A DNA stretch of 64,000 bases from Roseobacteraceae bacterium (GCA_048381755.1 JBLXGS010000017.1:61554-125553); one strand, 5' to 3'; positions 1-9,666 are shown, counted from the stretch's first letter. A program made the numbers and translations. The notes: generated by a model not told the origin, from the sequence alone.

Positions 1-258
1 GAACCGGCGGCAGGCTGCAACGCGGTCGAGACCGAGGAGATCGACCACCTGATCGCCGAGCTCGCCGCCTCGGGCATCGCCATTCTGTTGGTCGAGCACG
101 ACATGAAGCTGGTGATGCGGATCTCGAACCACATCGTCGTGCTGGACCATGGCGAGAAGATTGCCGAGGGCGATCCCGCCACCGTCTCGCGCGACCCGGC
201 GGTGATCGCCGCCTATCTCGGCACCGAAGAGGAGGAGCCTGCCCATGCTGACGGTTGA
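1..258 (+). CDS. livG: ABC transporter ATP-binding protein, LivG-like, C-terminal fragment (5' end outside window)
   Basis: Frame 1 is open from base 1 to TGA at 256-258; it is absent from the ORF track because no start lies in the window. My translation ...ILLVEHDMKLVMRISNHIVVLDHGEKIAEGDPATVSRDPAVIAAYLG matches the conserved LivG C-terminus. It overlaps the next ABC ATPase gene by 14 nt. Confidence 0.75.
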   Translation, partial: EPAAGCNAVETEEIDHLIAELAASGIAILLVEHDMKLVMRISNHIVVLDHGEKIAEGDPATVSRDPAVIAAYLGTEEEEPAHADG

Positions 259-946
259 GGGGCTGCGCTCGCGCTACGGGCGCATCGAGGTGCTGCACGG
301 GCTCGACCTCGAGGTCAGCTCGGGCGAGATCGTGACGGTGGTCGGCGCCAATGGCGCCGGCAAGACGACGCTGCTGAAGTGCCTTTCGGGCACCCAGCCG
401 GTGAGCGACGGCAGCATCGTCTTCCGCGGCGAGAGCTTCGCCACCGTGCCCGCCCACAAGCGGCTGAAGCGGGGGCTGGCGCAATCGCCCGAGGGGCGGC
501 AGATCTTCACCAACCTCACGGTCGAGGAAAACCTGCGCCTCGGGGCCTTCCTGTTCACCGACGAACGGGTGGATCGCGACATGGCCGATGCCTTCTCCAT
601 GTTCCCGATCCTCAAGGAAAAGCGCAATCTCGCGGCGGGCGGGCTCTCGGGCGGACAGCAACAGATGCTGGCCATCGCCCGCGCGCTGATGGGCCGGCCG
701 CATTGCCTGCTGCTCGACGAGCCCTCGATGGGTCTGGCGCCGCTGCTGGTGGCGCAGATCTTCGAGGTGGTGAAATCGCTCAAGGAGCGCGACGTGACGG
801 TGCTGCTGGTCGAGCAGAACGCCTATGGTGCGCTCAAGATCGCCGACCGCGGTTACGTGATGGAAACCGGGCGGATCACCATGACCGGTGCCGCGCCCGA
901 TCTCATCGCCGACCCGCGCATCCGTGAAGCCTATCTGGGACTCTGA
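245..946 (+). CDS. livF: Branched-chain amino acid ABC transporter ATP-binding protein (LivF-like)
   Basis: Walker A GANGAGKTT, ABC signature LSGGQQQML, Walker B LLLDEPS, and the LivF-type C-terminus DPRIREAYLG. Confidence 0.9.
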   Translation: MLTVEGLRSRYGRIEVLHGLDLEVSSGEIVTVVGANGAGKTTLLKCLSGTQPVSDGSIVFRGESFATVPAHKRLKRGLAQSPEGRQIFTNLTVEENLRLGAFLFTDERVDRDMADAFSMFPILKEKRNLAAGGLSGGQQQMLAIARALMGRPHCLLLDEPSMGLAPLLVAQIFEVVKSLKERDVTVLLVEQNAYGALKIADRGYVMETGRITMTGAAPDLIADPRIREAYLGL

Positions 947-949
947 ACC

Positions 950-2884
950 ATGACACTCCTGACTGTCCGCCGCGACGGCGAGATCGCCGTCGTCACCCTC
1001 GACAACCCGCCGGTGAACGCGATCTCCGAGGCCGTCCGAAAGGAGCTCTTCGAGATGGTGGGTCAGCTCGACGCCGACCCCGGGGTGCGCGCCGCGGTGC
1101 TGATCTGTGCCGGGCGGACCTTCCTTGCGGGGGCGGACGTGCGCGAGTTCGGCAAGCCGTCGGTCGAGCCGCACCTGCCCGACGTGGTGGACCGGATCGA
1201 GGCGGCGGAAAAGCCCTGGGTTGCGGCGATCCACGGCGCGGCGCTCGGTGGTGGCTTCGAGATCGCCATGGGGTGCCGCTTCCGCGTCGCGGTGGAGAAC
1301 GCCCGGGTCGGCCTGCCGGAAGTCACGCTTGGCGTCATCCCTGGCGCCTCCGGCACGGTGCGCACGCCGCGGCTGGCGGGTGTCGAGGCAGCGGTCGAGC
1401 TGGTGACCAGCGGCCGGCCTCTCTCCGCCGCCAAGGCGCAGAAGGCGGGACTCGTGGATGCCGTGGTCAGCGGCGATCTCGAGAGCGGTGCCGTTGCCTT
1501 TGCCTGCAAGGCGCTGGGGGCAGACATGCCGGTGCCGGTGTCAAAACGCCCGCTGGAGCAGATGCCCGAAGAGTTCTGGCAGGCGGCCCGCAAGACCGCC
1601 TCCAAGGCCGGACATCAAGCCCCGCTGCGCGCGCTGGACAGCATCCGCTTTGCCACAGAGCACGGTTTCTCCGAGGCCATGGCGCACGAGCGCGAGACCT
1701 TCCTGGACCTGCGCGGCTCGGACGAGGCCGCGGCGTTGCGCCATGTGTTCTTCGCCGAGCGCGCCGCGCCGAAACCGGCGGCGCTCAAGGGCATCGAGCC
1801 GCGTCCCTTCAAAACCGTCGGCGTCATTGGCGGCGGCACCATGGGCGCGGGCATCGCCGGTGCCTGCCGCGAGGCCGGTATGGAGATCATCCTCATCGAG
1901 CGCGATGCCGAGGCGGTGGCGCGGGGTCTCGACAACGTCGGCAAGATCTTCGACGGCGCGGTCAAGCGTGGCAAGCTCACCGAAGAGGGCCGCACCGAGC
2001 GCATGGCAGGCGTGCGCGGCAGCAGCGACTATGCCGAACTGGCGCAGGTCGATCTGGTGATCGAGGCGGTGTTCGAGGAGATCGGCGTGAAGCGCGCTGT
2101 CTTCGCCGAACTGGGCCGCGTCTGCCGGAGCGATGCGGTGCTGGCGACCAATACCTCGTACCTCGATCCGCGCGCCATCGCCGAGGGTCTGCCGAACCCC
2201 GGGCGTTTCATCGGCCTGCACTTCTTCAGCCCCGCCCACATCATGAAGCTGCTCGAGATCGTGCCGACACCGGACACCGCACCCGACGTGCTGGCCACCG
2301 GCTTCGCGCTCGGACGCGCGCTGAACAAGATGCCGGTGCAGGCGGGCATCTGCGAGGGCTTCATCGGCAATCGCATCCTCAAGCGCTACCGCGCCGAGGC
2401 CGAGGCGCTGGTCACGCAGGGCGTGGCGATCTCCGAGATCGACGCGGCGATGCGTGACTACGGTTTCCGCATGGGACCCTTCGAGGCGCAGGATCTGGGC
2501 GGTCTGGACATTGCCTTCCTGCAGCGCGAAGGCGCGCGGGCGGCAGGGCAGGAGGTGGCCGAGACGCTGGGTGACGTCCTCGTGCGGGCAGGGCGCAAGG
2601 GTCAGAAGACGGCAGGCGGCTGGTACGACTACGCCGAGGGTGACCGGACTCCGCAGCCCTCTGCCGCCGTTACGGAGCTGCTCGGCGAGCGGGTCTCTGG
2701 ATCGCTCGACCTCCCGCGTACCGAGGTCGCCGAGCGGCTCGTCGGCGCAATGGCGGCGGAAGGCCAGTCGATCCTCGACGAGGGCATCGGGCAGGCGCCG
2801 CAGGACATCGACCTCGTGGAGGTCCACGGATACGGCTTTCCGCGTTGGAAGGGTGGGCCGATGTTCGCGGCCGGTGCGTCGTAG
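950..2884 (+). CDS. Bifunctional enoyl-CoA hydratase / 3-hydroxyacyl-CoA dehydrogenase (FadJ/FadB-like)
   Basis: 644 aa. N-terminal crotonase motif GGGFEIAMGCRFRVA, followed by the NAD Rossmann motif VGVIGGGTMGAGIA and a HFFSPAHIMKLLEIV segment typical of 3-hydroxyacyl-CoA dehydrogenases. Confidence 0.9.
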   Translation: MTLLTVRRDGEIAVVTLDNPPVNAISEAVRKELFEMVGQLDADPGVRAAVLICAGRTFLAGADVREFGKPSVEPHLPDVVDRIEAAEKPWVAAIHGAALGGGFEIAMGCRFRVAVENARVGLPEVTLGVIPGASGTVRTPRLAGVEAAVELVTSGRPLSAAKAQKAGLVDAVVSGDLESGAVAFACKALGADMPVPVSKRPLEQMPEEFWQAARKTASKAGHQAPLRALDSIRFATEHGFSEAMAHERETFLDLRGSDEAAALRHVFFAERAAPKPAALKGIEPRPFKTVGVIGGGTMGAGIAGACREAGMEIILIERDAEAVARGLDNVGKIFDGAVKRGKLTEEGRTERMAGVRGSSDYAELAQVDLVIEAVFEEIGVKRAVFAELGRVCRSDAVLATNTSYLDPRAIAEGLPNPGRFIGLHFFSPAHIMKLLEIVPTPDTAPDVLATGFALGRALNKMPVQAGICEGFIGNRILKRYRAEAEALVTQGVAISEIDAAMRDYGFRMGPFEAQDLGGLDIAFLQREGARAAGQEVAETLGDVLVRAGRKGQKTAGGWYDYAEGDRTPQPSAAVTELLGERVSGSLDLPRTEVAERLVGAMAAEGQSILDEGIGQAPQDIDLVEVHGYGFPRWKGGPMFAAGAS

Positions 2885-3098
2885 CACAGCCTCCGTGAAG
2901 GTGGCCTCCCTGGCGGTGGGCACCTTCGCGGCATCAGGGGTGACGGGTCCGCTTGAACCACCCCCAGCGTTCCACGAGTTGCGGCATTCGAGTGCGCGCC
3001 ATGGGTGGTCGCTACCGATGTGAGCGCGGCAGGTCCCGCTATCTCGGGTTGGCGCGCCGGGGTAAGTGATGCCGTGAGTTCAAGGCAGGAGATTGCGC

Positions 3099-3857
3099 CT
3101 AGGGCGCGAAAGTACGGACCCCGCTCTCGGCGAGGCACGCGGCAAGCGCGGGGTCCGGAGGCCGGTCGCTGACCAGCGTATCCATCTCTTCAAATTGCGC
3201 CACGACGTCCAGCTGCGTGAGCCCGAACTTGCTCGCGTCGATGAGGAAACGGCAGGCCGCCGACTGCCGCATCATCGCGCGCTTGACGGCGGCAAAACCC
3301 TCGACGGCCTCGGTCACCCCCGCCTCGCTGAGACCCGCCGCTCCGAGGAAACAGGCGTCAACCTGGTAGCGGGAGAGGTAGTCACAGGTGTCGATGCCGA
3401 CGACGGCGGCTTCCTGCGGCAGGTAGTTTCCCGGCGCGAGGATTACGCGCGCGCTGGTACTCTGGCCGAGGATCATGCCGATCTGCAGGCTGTTGGTGAT
3501 CGCGGTGACGCGGGTCTCTGCAAAGGCAAGCAGCCGGGCGAAGACCATGGTCGTCGAGCCCGCGTCGATCATGATCGTGTCGCCGTCGCGCACCAGCGAC
3601 GCGGCAAGGCCGGCCAGGCGTTCGCGTTCCACGACACGCTCCTGGCGGCGTTCGTCCAGATCTCGATGCGCGCCGGGATGGGTGGCCGAGGCCCCGCCAT
3701 GGGCGCGTTCCAGCAAGCCCTGGCGCTCCAGATCGCCCATGTCGCGGCGCACGGTCTCGGTGGTCACGCCGAACAGCGTCGCGAGTTCGGCAACCCGGAC
3801 ATGGGGCCGGAGCTTGAGCTGGAGCAGGATCTGCTCGTGCCGCTCGCGCTTCTTCAT
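3099..3857 (-). CDS. DeoR family transcriptional regulator
   Basis: MKKRERHEQILLQLKLRPHVRVAELATLFGVTTETVRRDMGDLERQGLLERAHGGA is a DeoR-type HTH, followed by a sugar-phosphate-isomerase-like C-terminal domain. I moved the start to the internal ATG at 3857 (Met27 of the 278-aa track ORF) because the HTH begins there. Confidence 0.85.
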   Translation of the reverse strand: MKKRERHEQILLQLKLRPHVRVAELATLFGVTTETVRRDMGDLERQGLLERAHGGASATHPGAHRDLDERRQERVVERERLAGLAASLVRDGDTIMIDAGSTTMVFARLLAFAETRVTAITNSLQIGMILGQSTSARVILAPGNYLPQEAAVVGIDTCDYLSRYQVDACFLGAAGLSEAGVTEAVEGFAAVKRAMMRQSAACRFLIDASKFGLTQLDVVAQFEEMDTLVSDRPPDPALAACLAESGVRTFAP

Positions 3858-4046
3858 GCGATGTTGTGCGCTCGGCTGCTCCACCCCTGATCGCGCTCCG
3901 CCTGTTGCATCCGGAAGTTTGAATATCGCAGACAATTACGACAGATTTGTTGCACTTCCAACATAAAGGTGGTGTGATCCCGCAGGACTGGCCGGAGGAC
4001 ACAGGGGCCAGACGCACATAATGCCCTTTGGGAGGAGGACATCACC

Positions 4047-5012
4047 ATGCTTAGGCACACCACGAGTCTGCTCGTGTCGCTGGCCCTGTCGGCCGGTGCG
4101 GCATTTGCCCAGGAAGAAACCGCGGCGCTCGACAGCCAGTACACCGACTCCGACGGTGACCTGGTCGCCGACGCGCCGGCGGAGGCGGGCGATCTGAAGG
4201 ACCCCGGCACCCTGGTCTTTGCCTATACGCCGGTCGAGGATCCGGCCATCTACGAGGACATCTGGGAGCCGTTCATCGCCCATCTCGAAGAGGTCACCGG
4301 CAAGGACGTGCAATTCTTCGCGGTGCAGTCCAACTCGGCCGAGGTCGAGGCGATGCGCTCGGGTCGCCTGCACATTGCCGGCTTCTCGACCGGGCCCACG
4401 CCCTTCGCGGTGAACCTTGCCGGGGCGGTGCCCTTCGCCATCATGGGAGCCGACGACGGGCAGTTCGGCTACAAGCTGCAGATCTACACCCAGGCCGACA
4501 GCGACATCAAAGAGGTGCCCGATCTTGCCGGCAAGCGCATCGCGCATACCTCGCCGACCTCGAATTCGGGCAACCTGGCACCGCGCGCGCTGTTCCCCGA
4601 CCTGGGCGTTGTGCCCGACACGGATTACGAAGTGGTTTATTCGGGCAGCCATGACCAATCGATGCTCGGGGTTGTCGCCGGCGACTACGACGCCGCGCCC
4701 GTCGCCTCGGAAGTGGTCGATCGCATGGCCGAGCGCGGGCTCTACGATCCCGCCGAGGTGCGCATCGTCTGGGAGAGCGATCCCTTCCCGACGACCTCCT
4801 ATGCTTATGCTCATGACCTGACGCCGGAGCTGAAGGAGAAGATCGAGCAGGCCTTCTTCAGCTTCGACTTTGCCGGCACCGCGCTTGGCGAGGAATTCAG
4901 CGGGGTCAGCAAGTTCATTCCGATCACCTACAAGGATCAGTGGAAGGTCATCCGCCAGATCCAGAAGGCGAACGGCGTCGAGTACACACCCGCCGGCCTT
5001 GCTGCAGAGTGA
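4047..5012 (+). CDS. phnD: Phosphonate/phosphite/phosphate-ester ABC transporter substrate-binding protein (PhnD family)
   Basis: Signal peptide MLRHTTSLLVSLALSAGAAFA. PhnD-like segments FAYTPVEDP, RLHIAGFSTG and HTSPTSNSGNLAP. SD GGGAGGAGGA lies upstream. The gene is followed by phnC and two phnE genes. Confidence 0.85.
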   Translation: MLRHTTSLLVSLALSAGAAFAQEETAALDSQYTDSDGDLVADAPAEAGDLKDPGTLVFAYTPVEDPAIYEDIWEPFIAHLEEVTGKDVQFFAVQSNSAEVEAMRSGRLHIAGFSTGPTPFAVNLAGAVPFAIMGADDGQFGYKLQIYTQADSDIKEVPDLAGKRIAHTSPTSNSGNLAPRALFPDLGVVPDTDYEVVYSGSHDQSMLGVVAGDYDAAPVASEVVDRMAERGLYDPAEVRIVWESDPFPTTSYAYAHDLTPELKEKIEQAFFSFDFAGTALGEEFSGVSKFIPITYKDQWKVIRQIQKANGVEYTPAGLAAE

Positions 5013-5024
5013 CCTGACAAGACT

Positions 5025-5050
5025 GGAGCCGGGGTCTCGTGCCCGGCTCC
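5025..5050 (+). terminator. Stem-loop between phnD and phnC (possible partial terminator or mRNA stabiliser)
   Basis: GGAGCCGGG (5025-5033) pairs perfectly with CCCGGCTCC (5042-5050) across an 8-nt loop. It sits 13 nt after the phnD stop. There is no T-run. Confidence 0.45.
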
Positions 5051-5066
5051 GGCATGGAGTCTCCAC

Positions 5067-5843
5067 ATGTTGAAGATCACCGACCTGGTCAAAAGCTACG
5101 GCAGCGGCGCGCCGGTGCTGAAGAACCTCGACCTCACCATCGAGGGGGAAAGCGTGGTGTCGATCATCGGCTCCTCGGGGGCCGGGAAATCCACCCTGCT
5201 GCGCTGCATCAACCGTCTGGTCGAGCCCACCTCGGGGAGCATCGTGCTGAACGGTACCGAGCTCACCAACCTCAGGGGCCGCCAGCTGCGCGCTGCGCGG
5301 CGCAAGATCGGCATGGTCTTCCAGGGGTTCAACCTCGTCGACCGGCTGACCGTGATGGAGAATGTGCAGTCCGGGCGGCTGGGATACATCTCGACCTGGG
5401 CCGCGATCATGCGGCGCTACCCCAAGGAAGACATCCGCCGAGCCTACGAGCTGATGGAGCGCGTCGGCATCGCGCAATACGCCAACACCCGCGCCGACCA
5501 GCTGTCGGGCGGTGAGCGCCAGAGGGTCGGCGTGGTCCGGGCGCTGATGCAGGACCCAGAGATTCTGCTCGCCGACGAGCCCACCGCCTCGCTCGATCCC
5601 AAGACTTCCGAGCAGATCATGGGGCTGCTGCGCGATCTCGCCGGCGAACTGAAGCTGCCGGTGCTGATCAACATCCACAACGTGACCGAGGCCAAGAAAT
5701 ACACCGACCGCATCGTCGGCATGCGCTTCGGACGGATCATCTTCGACGACCTGCCTGGCGCGCTCGACGAGGAGGCGATGGAACGGATCTATTCCGGCAG
5801 CCCCCATGCCGACCGCGGCGGCGACCTGCGGGAGGCGTCATGA
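5067..5843 (+). CDS. phnC: Phosphonate ABC transporter ATP-binding protein
   Basis: Walker A GSSGAGKST, signature LSGGERQRV, Walker B LLADEPTASLD. The stop overlaps the next start. Confidence 0.9.
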   Translation: MLKITDLVKSYGSGAPVLKNLDLTIEGESVVSIIGSSGAGKSTLLRCINRLVEPTSGSIVLNGTELTNLRGRQLRAARRKIGMVFQGFNLVDRLTVMENVQSGRLGYISTWAAIMRRYPKEDIRRAYELMERVGIAQYANTRADQLSGGERQRVGVVRALMQDPEILLADEPTASLDPKTSEQIMGLLRDLAGELKLPVLINIHNVTEAKKYTDRIVGMRFGRIIFDDLPGALDEEAMERIYSGSPHADRGGDLREAS

Positions 5844-6634
5844 GCCAGCACCCGGACACCTGGCGCAAGCCGCCCTTCATCGCCAACCCGCTGCTTCGCT
5901 GGGCCGTGTACCTTGGTGCATTGGCCTATTTCGGCTGGGTCGCGGCGACCATGCCGATCGACTGGGCGCGGGTCGCCCAGGGGATCGAGCGGGCCGGGCG
6001 CATCTTCGGCGGGGCCTTCCCTCCGAGCTTCGAGCGCAGCGGCCTGCTGATCGACGGCTTCCTGGAGAGCCTTAAGATCGCCATCCTCGCCACCGTGGGC
6101 GGCGTCGCCCTGTCGATCCCCATCGCCTTCATGGCCGCGCGCAATGTTGCGCCGCTGCCGATTTTCTACCTCGGCCGGGCGATCATCATCATCGCCCGCA
6201 GCTTCCATCCGGTCATCGTCGCGATCATCTTCGTCAAGGCGGTCGGCTTCGGACCCTTCGCCGGTGTGTTGACGCTGGTGGTCTATTCCATCGGCTTCGT
6301 CGCCAAGATGCTCGCCGAAAGGATCGAGGAGATCGACTTTGGCCAGGTGGAGGCGATGCGCGCCGCCGGGGCGCCCTACCTCTCGACGCTGGTCTACGCG
6401 ATCTTTCCCCAGATCATGCCCCGGCAGATCGGGCTGACCATCTATCAACTCGATTCCAACCTGCGGGCCTCGGCGGTGGTTGGCATCGTCGGCGCGGGCG
6501 GCATCGGCGCGACTTTGGCCAATGCCTTCGGGCGCTACGACTATGATTTCGCGCTCGCCATCACCATCGTCATCGTCGGCGTGATCCTCGTCTCCGAGGC
6601 GATCAGCGGCCAGATCAGGAAGCGCATCGCATGA
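5840..6634 (+). CDS. phnE: Phosphonate ABC transporter permease
   Basis: Multi-pass hydrophobic protein of PhnE length with PhnE-like motifs (EEIDFGQVEAMRAAGA, SAVVGIVGAGGIG). 4-nt overlaps on both sides. Confidence 0.85.
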   Translation: MSQHPDTWRKPPFIANPLLRWAVYLGALAYFGWVAATMPIDWARVAQGIERAGRIFGGAFPPSFERSGLLIDGFLESLKIAILATVGGVALSIPIAFMAARNVAPLPIFYLGRAIIIIARSFHPVIVAIIFVKAVGFGPFAGVLTLVVYSIGFVAKMLAERIEEIDFGQVEAMRAAGAPYLSTLVYAIFPQIMPRQIGLTIYQLDSNLRASAVVGIVGAGGIGATLANAFGRYDYDFALAITIVIVGVILVSEAISGQIRKRIA

Positions 6635-7440
6635 CCAGCATCTCCGAGCAGTTCGGGCGCGAGGACTGGTCGCGCCATACGCCGAAGGAGAAGGCCCGGC
6701 GCTTCGGCATCTTCGCGGTCTGCGCGCTGGCAGTTTTCTGGGCGCTTGGCTCCATCGAGATCATCTGGGCCTGGGTCTGGGATTCACCGAGCCAGATGGC
6801 CGACCTCTTCGGGCGCATGTATCCGCCCGACGCCAGCAATCTCGGAAGCATCCTGCGCGTGCTGTGGGAGACCGTGAACATTGCCACCTTCGCCACCGCG
6901 CTGGCGGTAATCGTCTCGCTGCCGGTTGCCTATATCGCGGCACAGAACACCACGCCCAACCGTGGCACGCTCTGGCTCGGGAGGCTGATCCTCGTCAGCT
7001 CGCGGTCGGTCAACACGATTATCTGGGCGCTGCTCTTCGTGGCGATCTTCGGCCCCGGCATCGTCGCCGGCGTCGTGGCGATCATGTTCAGGTCCATCGG
7101 TTTCATCGGCAAGCTGCTGGGCGAGGCGATCGAAGAAATCGACACCCGTCCGGTCGAGGCGCTGGAAGCGACGGGCGCCTCGCGCTTCAAGGTCATCGCC
7201 TATGCCATCGTGCCGCAGGTCATGCCGACTTTCTGGGCCGTGGCGATCCTGCGCTGGGACATCAACCTGCGCGAGTCGACGGTGCTGGGACTTGTCGGTG
7301 CGGGCGGCATCGGCATCATCCTGCAAGGCGCCATCGACACGTTCAACTGGCCCGAGGCCGCGACCGTCCTGCTCGCCATCCTGGCGCTGGTGGTGCTGGG
7401 CGAGATCGTCTCGGCCTTCCTGCGTCGCCGCATCCTGTGA
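6631..7440 (+). CDS. phnE: Phosphonate ABC transporter permease (second copy)
   Basis: Paralogue of the preceding gene (EEIDTRPVEALEATGA, STVLGLVGAGGIG). ATGA overlap with the upstream phnE. Confidence 0.85.
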   Translation: MTSISEQFGREDWSRHTPKEKARRFGIFAVCALAVFWALGSIEIIWAWVWDSPSQMADLFGRMYPPDASNLGSILRVLWETVNIATFATALAVIVSLPVAYIAAQNTTPNRGTLWLGRLILVSSRSVNTIIWALLFVAIFGPGIVAGVVAIMFRSIGFIGKLLGEAIEEIDTRPVEALEATGASRFKVIAYAIVPQVMPTFWAVAILRWDINLRESTVLGLVGAGGIGIILQGAIDTFNWPEAATVLLAILALVVLGEIVSAFLRRRIL

Positions 7441-8372
7441 GCGGGGCACGCGGCAGGGAGGCGGCGGCCGCCTTCGAGGCCTATCTCGGCGTGCGGTCCC
7501 GCCTTCCGGCGGCAGAATTCGAGGCAGGTTGGAAATCGGAGGAGAGCCTGGCCGGGATCGCGGGGCCCTTCGATCTCGTTCTGCTCGATGCGTACGGGGT
7601 GCTGAACGTGGGTGAATCCCCGATCCCGGGCGCTGCGGAGGCCATCGCTGCGCTCCGGGCGGCGGGCAAGGCGGTGGCCGTGGTGTCCAATTCGGCCGCC
7701 TATCCCAAGCGGGTGATGATGCAGCGCTACGCGCGGCTCGGCTTTGACTTTGCGCCCGAAGAGGTGGTGACCAGCCGCGAAGCGCTCCTTGCGTATCTGG
7801 CACGCGCACCGCGCCTGCGATGGGGGGCGATGCTGAGCCCGGAAAATGGCATGGAGGAGTTCGAGAATATCGACCTGAACTTCCTCGATGACGATCCCGC
7901 GACCTACGCGGAGGCACAGGGTTTCCTGCTGATCGGCACGGACGGGTGGACCGAGACGCGACAGACTATGCTGGAGACAACGCTGCACGCGCATCCGCGT
8001 CCAGTCGTGGTCGGGAACCCCGACATCGTCGCCCCGCGCGAGACCGGCCTGTCGCTCGAGCCCGGGCATTTCGCACATCGCCTCGCCGATGCGGTCGGGA
8101 TTGCGCCGGTCTTTCTCGGCAAGCCTTTCGCGGAGATCTACATGCTCGCCCTTGACCGGCTCGCGCCGCAGATTGCGCCCGAGCGGGTGCTGATGGTCGG
8201 GGACACCCTGCACACCGACATTCTCGGCGGCCGCCAGATGGGCTTTGCGACCTCGCTGGTCACGGGGCACGGCGCGCTTGTCGGGCTCGATCCGGCAGAG
8301 GCGATCCGGCAGTCGGGCATCGTTCCGGATTTCGTCATCGCAAGCATCGGGGCAGCGAGCTGCCGCGCCTGA
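7437..8372 (+). CDS. HAD superfamily class IIA hydrolase (TIGR01459-like)
   Basis: The real gene is the 3' part of the 502-aa track ORF. A GTG at 7437 overlaps the phnE stop (GTGA). HAD motif I is LLDAYGVLN (one Asp only), followed by VVSNS and GDTLHTDILGG (motif IV). Confidence 0.75.
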   Translation: MSGARGREAAAAFEAYLGVRSRLPAAEFEAGWKSEESLAGIAGPFDLVLLDAYGVLNVGESPIPGAAEAIAALRAAGKAVAVVSNSAAYPKRVMMQRYARLGFDFAPEEVVTSREALLAYLARAPRLRWGAMLSPENGMEEFENIDLNFLDDDPATYAEAQGFLLIGTDGWTETRQTMLETTLHAHPRPVVVGNPDIVAPRETGLSLEPGHFAHRLADAVGIAPVFLGKPFAEIYMLALDRLAPQIAPERVLMVGDTLHTDILGGRQMGFATSLVTGHGALVGLDPAEAIRQSGIVPDFVIASIGAASCRA

Positions 8373-8486
8373 GCTCTATACCCTTGCGGACGTCGCGACC
8401 GCGTTCCACCAAGAGCATTCGGAACGAAAAGGTGCCGGTCAGCAAAACTGCCGCTGAGTCCGGCATCCTGTCCCGTAATCCGCGCA

Positions 8487-8512
8487 GCGTCTTCGGGCGT
8501 CGCGGAAGACGC
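8487..8512. terminator. Hairpin between convergent genes (candidate bidirectional terminator)
   Basis: GCGTCTTC (8487-8494) pairs with GAAGACGC (8505-8512) across a 10-nt loop, in the 175-bp gap between two convergent stops. Confidence 0.4.
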
Positions 8513-8547
8513 AGGTCGCGACGAACCCTCGTGACCTGCGCCAAGGG

Positions 8548-9600
8548 TCAGTCCGGCGCTTCGACGAGGATCTTGACGTGCGATTTTTCGGCGACGAGTG
8601 CCTCGAAGCCTTCGTCGACGATGGCGTCTATGGAAATCCGCTTCGTCACCAGTTTGTCGGCGCTGAAATAGCCCTGTGTCATCAGCTCCATCACCGCAGG
8701 ATAGACGTTGCGATAGGCGATGGTGCCCTGCAGCTGTCGCTCCTTCAGCACCGCGGTATTGGGGTGGAACGACGCCTCGCCCTCCCAGATCGATACGATC
8801 AACGTCTGACCCTCGTGCCGGGTCGCGTCGATGCATTGCGGCAGCACCTGCGGCACGCCGGTGACCTCATAGGCGACGTGCACGCCGCCGGTAGCCGCGC
8901 GGATCGCCGCGACGGCGTCTTCGGCCATCGGGTCGATCGCGCTGGTCGCGCCAAGCTCCAGCGCCTTCTGCCGCCGCACCTCGGAGGGTTCCACCACGTG
9001 AATCTGCGAAGCCCCGGCAACGCGCAGCGCCTCGACGACCAGCAGCCCGATCGGCCCGGCGCCAAAAACGGCTGCCATGTCACCCGCCTTGATCTTTGAC
9101 AGGCGCACCGCGTGCAGCGCCACGGCGGCGGGCTCAACCAGCGCGCCCTGCTCCATCGACAGCGCGTCGGGCATCTTGTGCACCATGCGCGCGGGGACAA
9201 CCGAATGGGCGGCGAACCCGCCATGCCCACCGGAGAGGCCGACGAAGCCCAGCTGGTCGCACAGGTTGTACTTCCCCTCTAGGCACGCCGGGCAACTACC
9301 ACAGGCGAAGATCGGCTCGATGGCGACACGATCACCCGGAGCCAGCCCGGTCACGCCATCGCCCAGTTCGGTCACCACGCCGCAATATTCGTGGCCCATG
9401 GTGATCGGCGCCTGATCGTGGCTGAGCGGATGGTCCTCGCCCACTGGCACGAAGATCGGACCGGCGAGGTACTCGTGCAGATCGCTGCCGCAGATGCCGG
9501 TCCAGGCGACCTTGACCTTCACCTCGCCGGGGCCTGCGGCGGGCTCGGCCACGTCCTCGACGCGGATATCCTTCACGCCGTACCAACGTGCTGCTTTCAT
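8548..9600 (-). CDS. Zn-dependent alcohol dehydrogenase, 2,3-butanediol / threonine dehydrogenase-like (MDR family)
   Basis: MKAARWYGVKDIRVEDV..., catalytic-Zn motif GICGSDLHEY, GHEYCGVV, structural-Zn Cys cluster CGSCPACLEGKYNLC, and NAD motif VFGAGPIGLL. SD GGAGAA lies 8 nt upstream. Confidence 0.85.
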   Translation of the reverse strand: MKAARWYGVKDIRVEDVAEPAAGPGEVKVKVAWTGICGSDLHEYLAGPIFVPVGEDHPLSHDQAPITMGHEYCGVVTELGDGVTGLAPGDRVAIEPIFACGSCPACLEGKYNLCDQLGFVGLSGGHGGFAAHSVVPARMVHKMPDALSMEQGALVEPAAVALHAVRLSKIKAGDMAAVFGAGPIGLLVVEALRVAGASQIHVVEPSEVRRQKALELGATSAIDPMAEDAVAAIRAATGGVHVAYEVTGVPQVLPQCIDATRHEGQTLIVSIWEGEASFHPNTAVLKERQLQGTIAYRNVYPAVMELMTQGYFSADKLVTKRISIDAIVDEGFEALVAEKSHVKILVEAPD

Positions 9601-9620
9601 GTGTCTTTCTCCAAGTCTTG

Positions 9621-9658
9621 AAAAGAGTATGCGCCCGGCCCGGGAGGGAGCCGGGCGC
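9621..9658 (-). terminator. Rho-independent-type terminator after the monooxygenase gene
   Basis: 9-bp GC stem: GCGCCCGGC (9631-9639) with GCCGGGCGC (9650-9658), 10-nt loop. On the minus strand it is followed by ATACTCTTTTC. It starts 9 nt after the stop at 9667. Confidence 0.6.
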
Positions 9659-9666
9659 GAAATGCA

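Noticed and set aside
2897-2927. The inverted repeat GAAGGTG-N17-CACCTTC after the FadJ-like gene.
   Set aside because: The stem is only 7 bp with a long 17-nt loop and no U-tract. That is too weak to call a terminator with any confidence.
3936-5807. A 623-aa minus-strand ORF spanning phnD/phnC, and similar long shadow ORFs (1541-2923 -, 6784-7917 -, 16438-18036 +, 40965-42329 +, 46100-47608 +, 55622-56911 -, 55885-57366 +).
   Set aside because: Each lies opposite to, or out of frame with, a gene that has clear family motifs. All have low-complexity Arg/Gly/Pro/Ala-rich sequence, no SD and no domain signatures.
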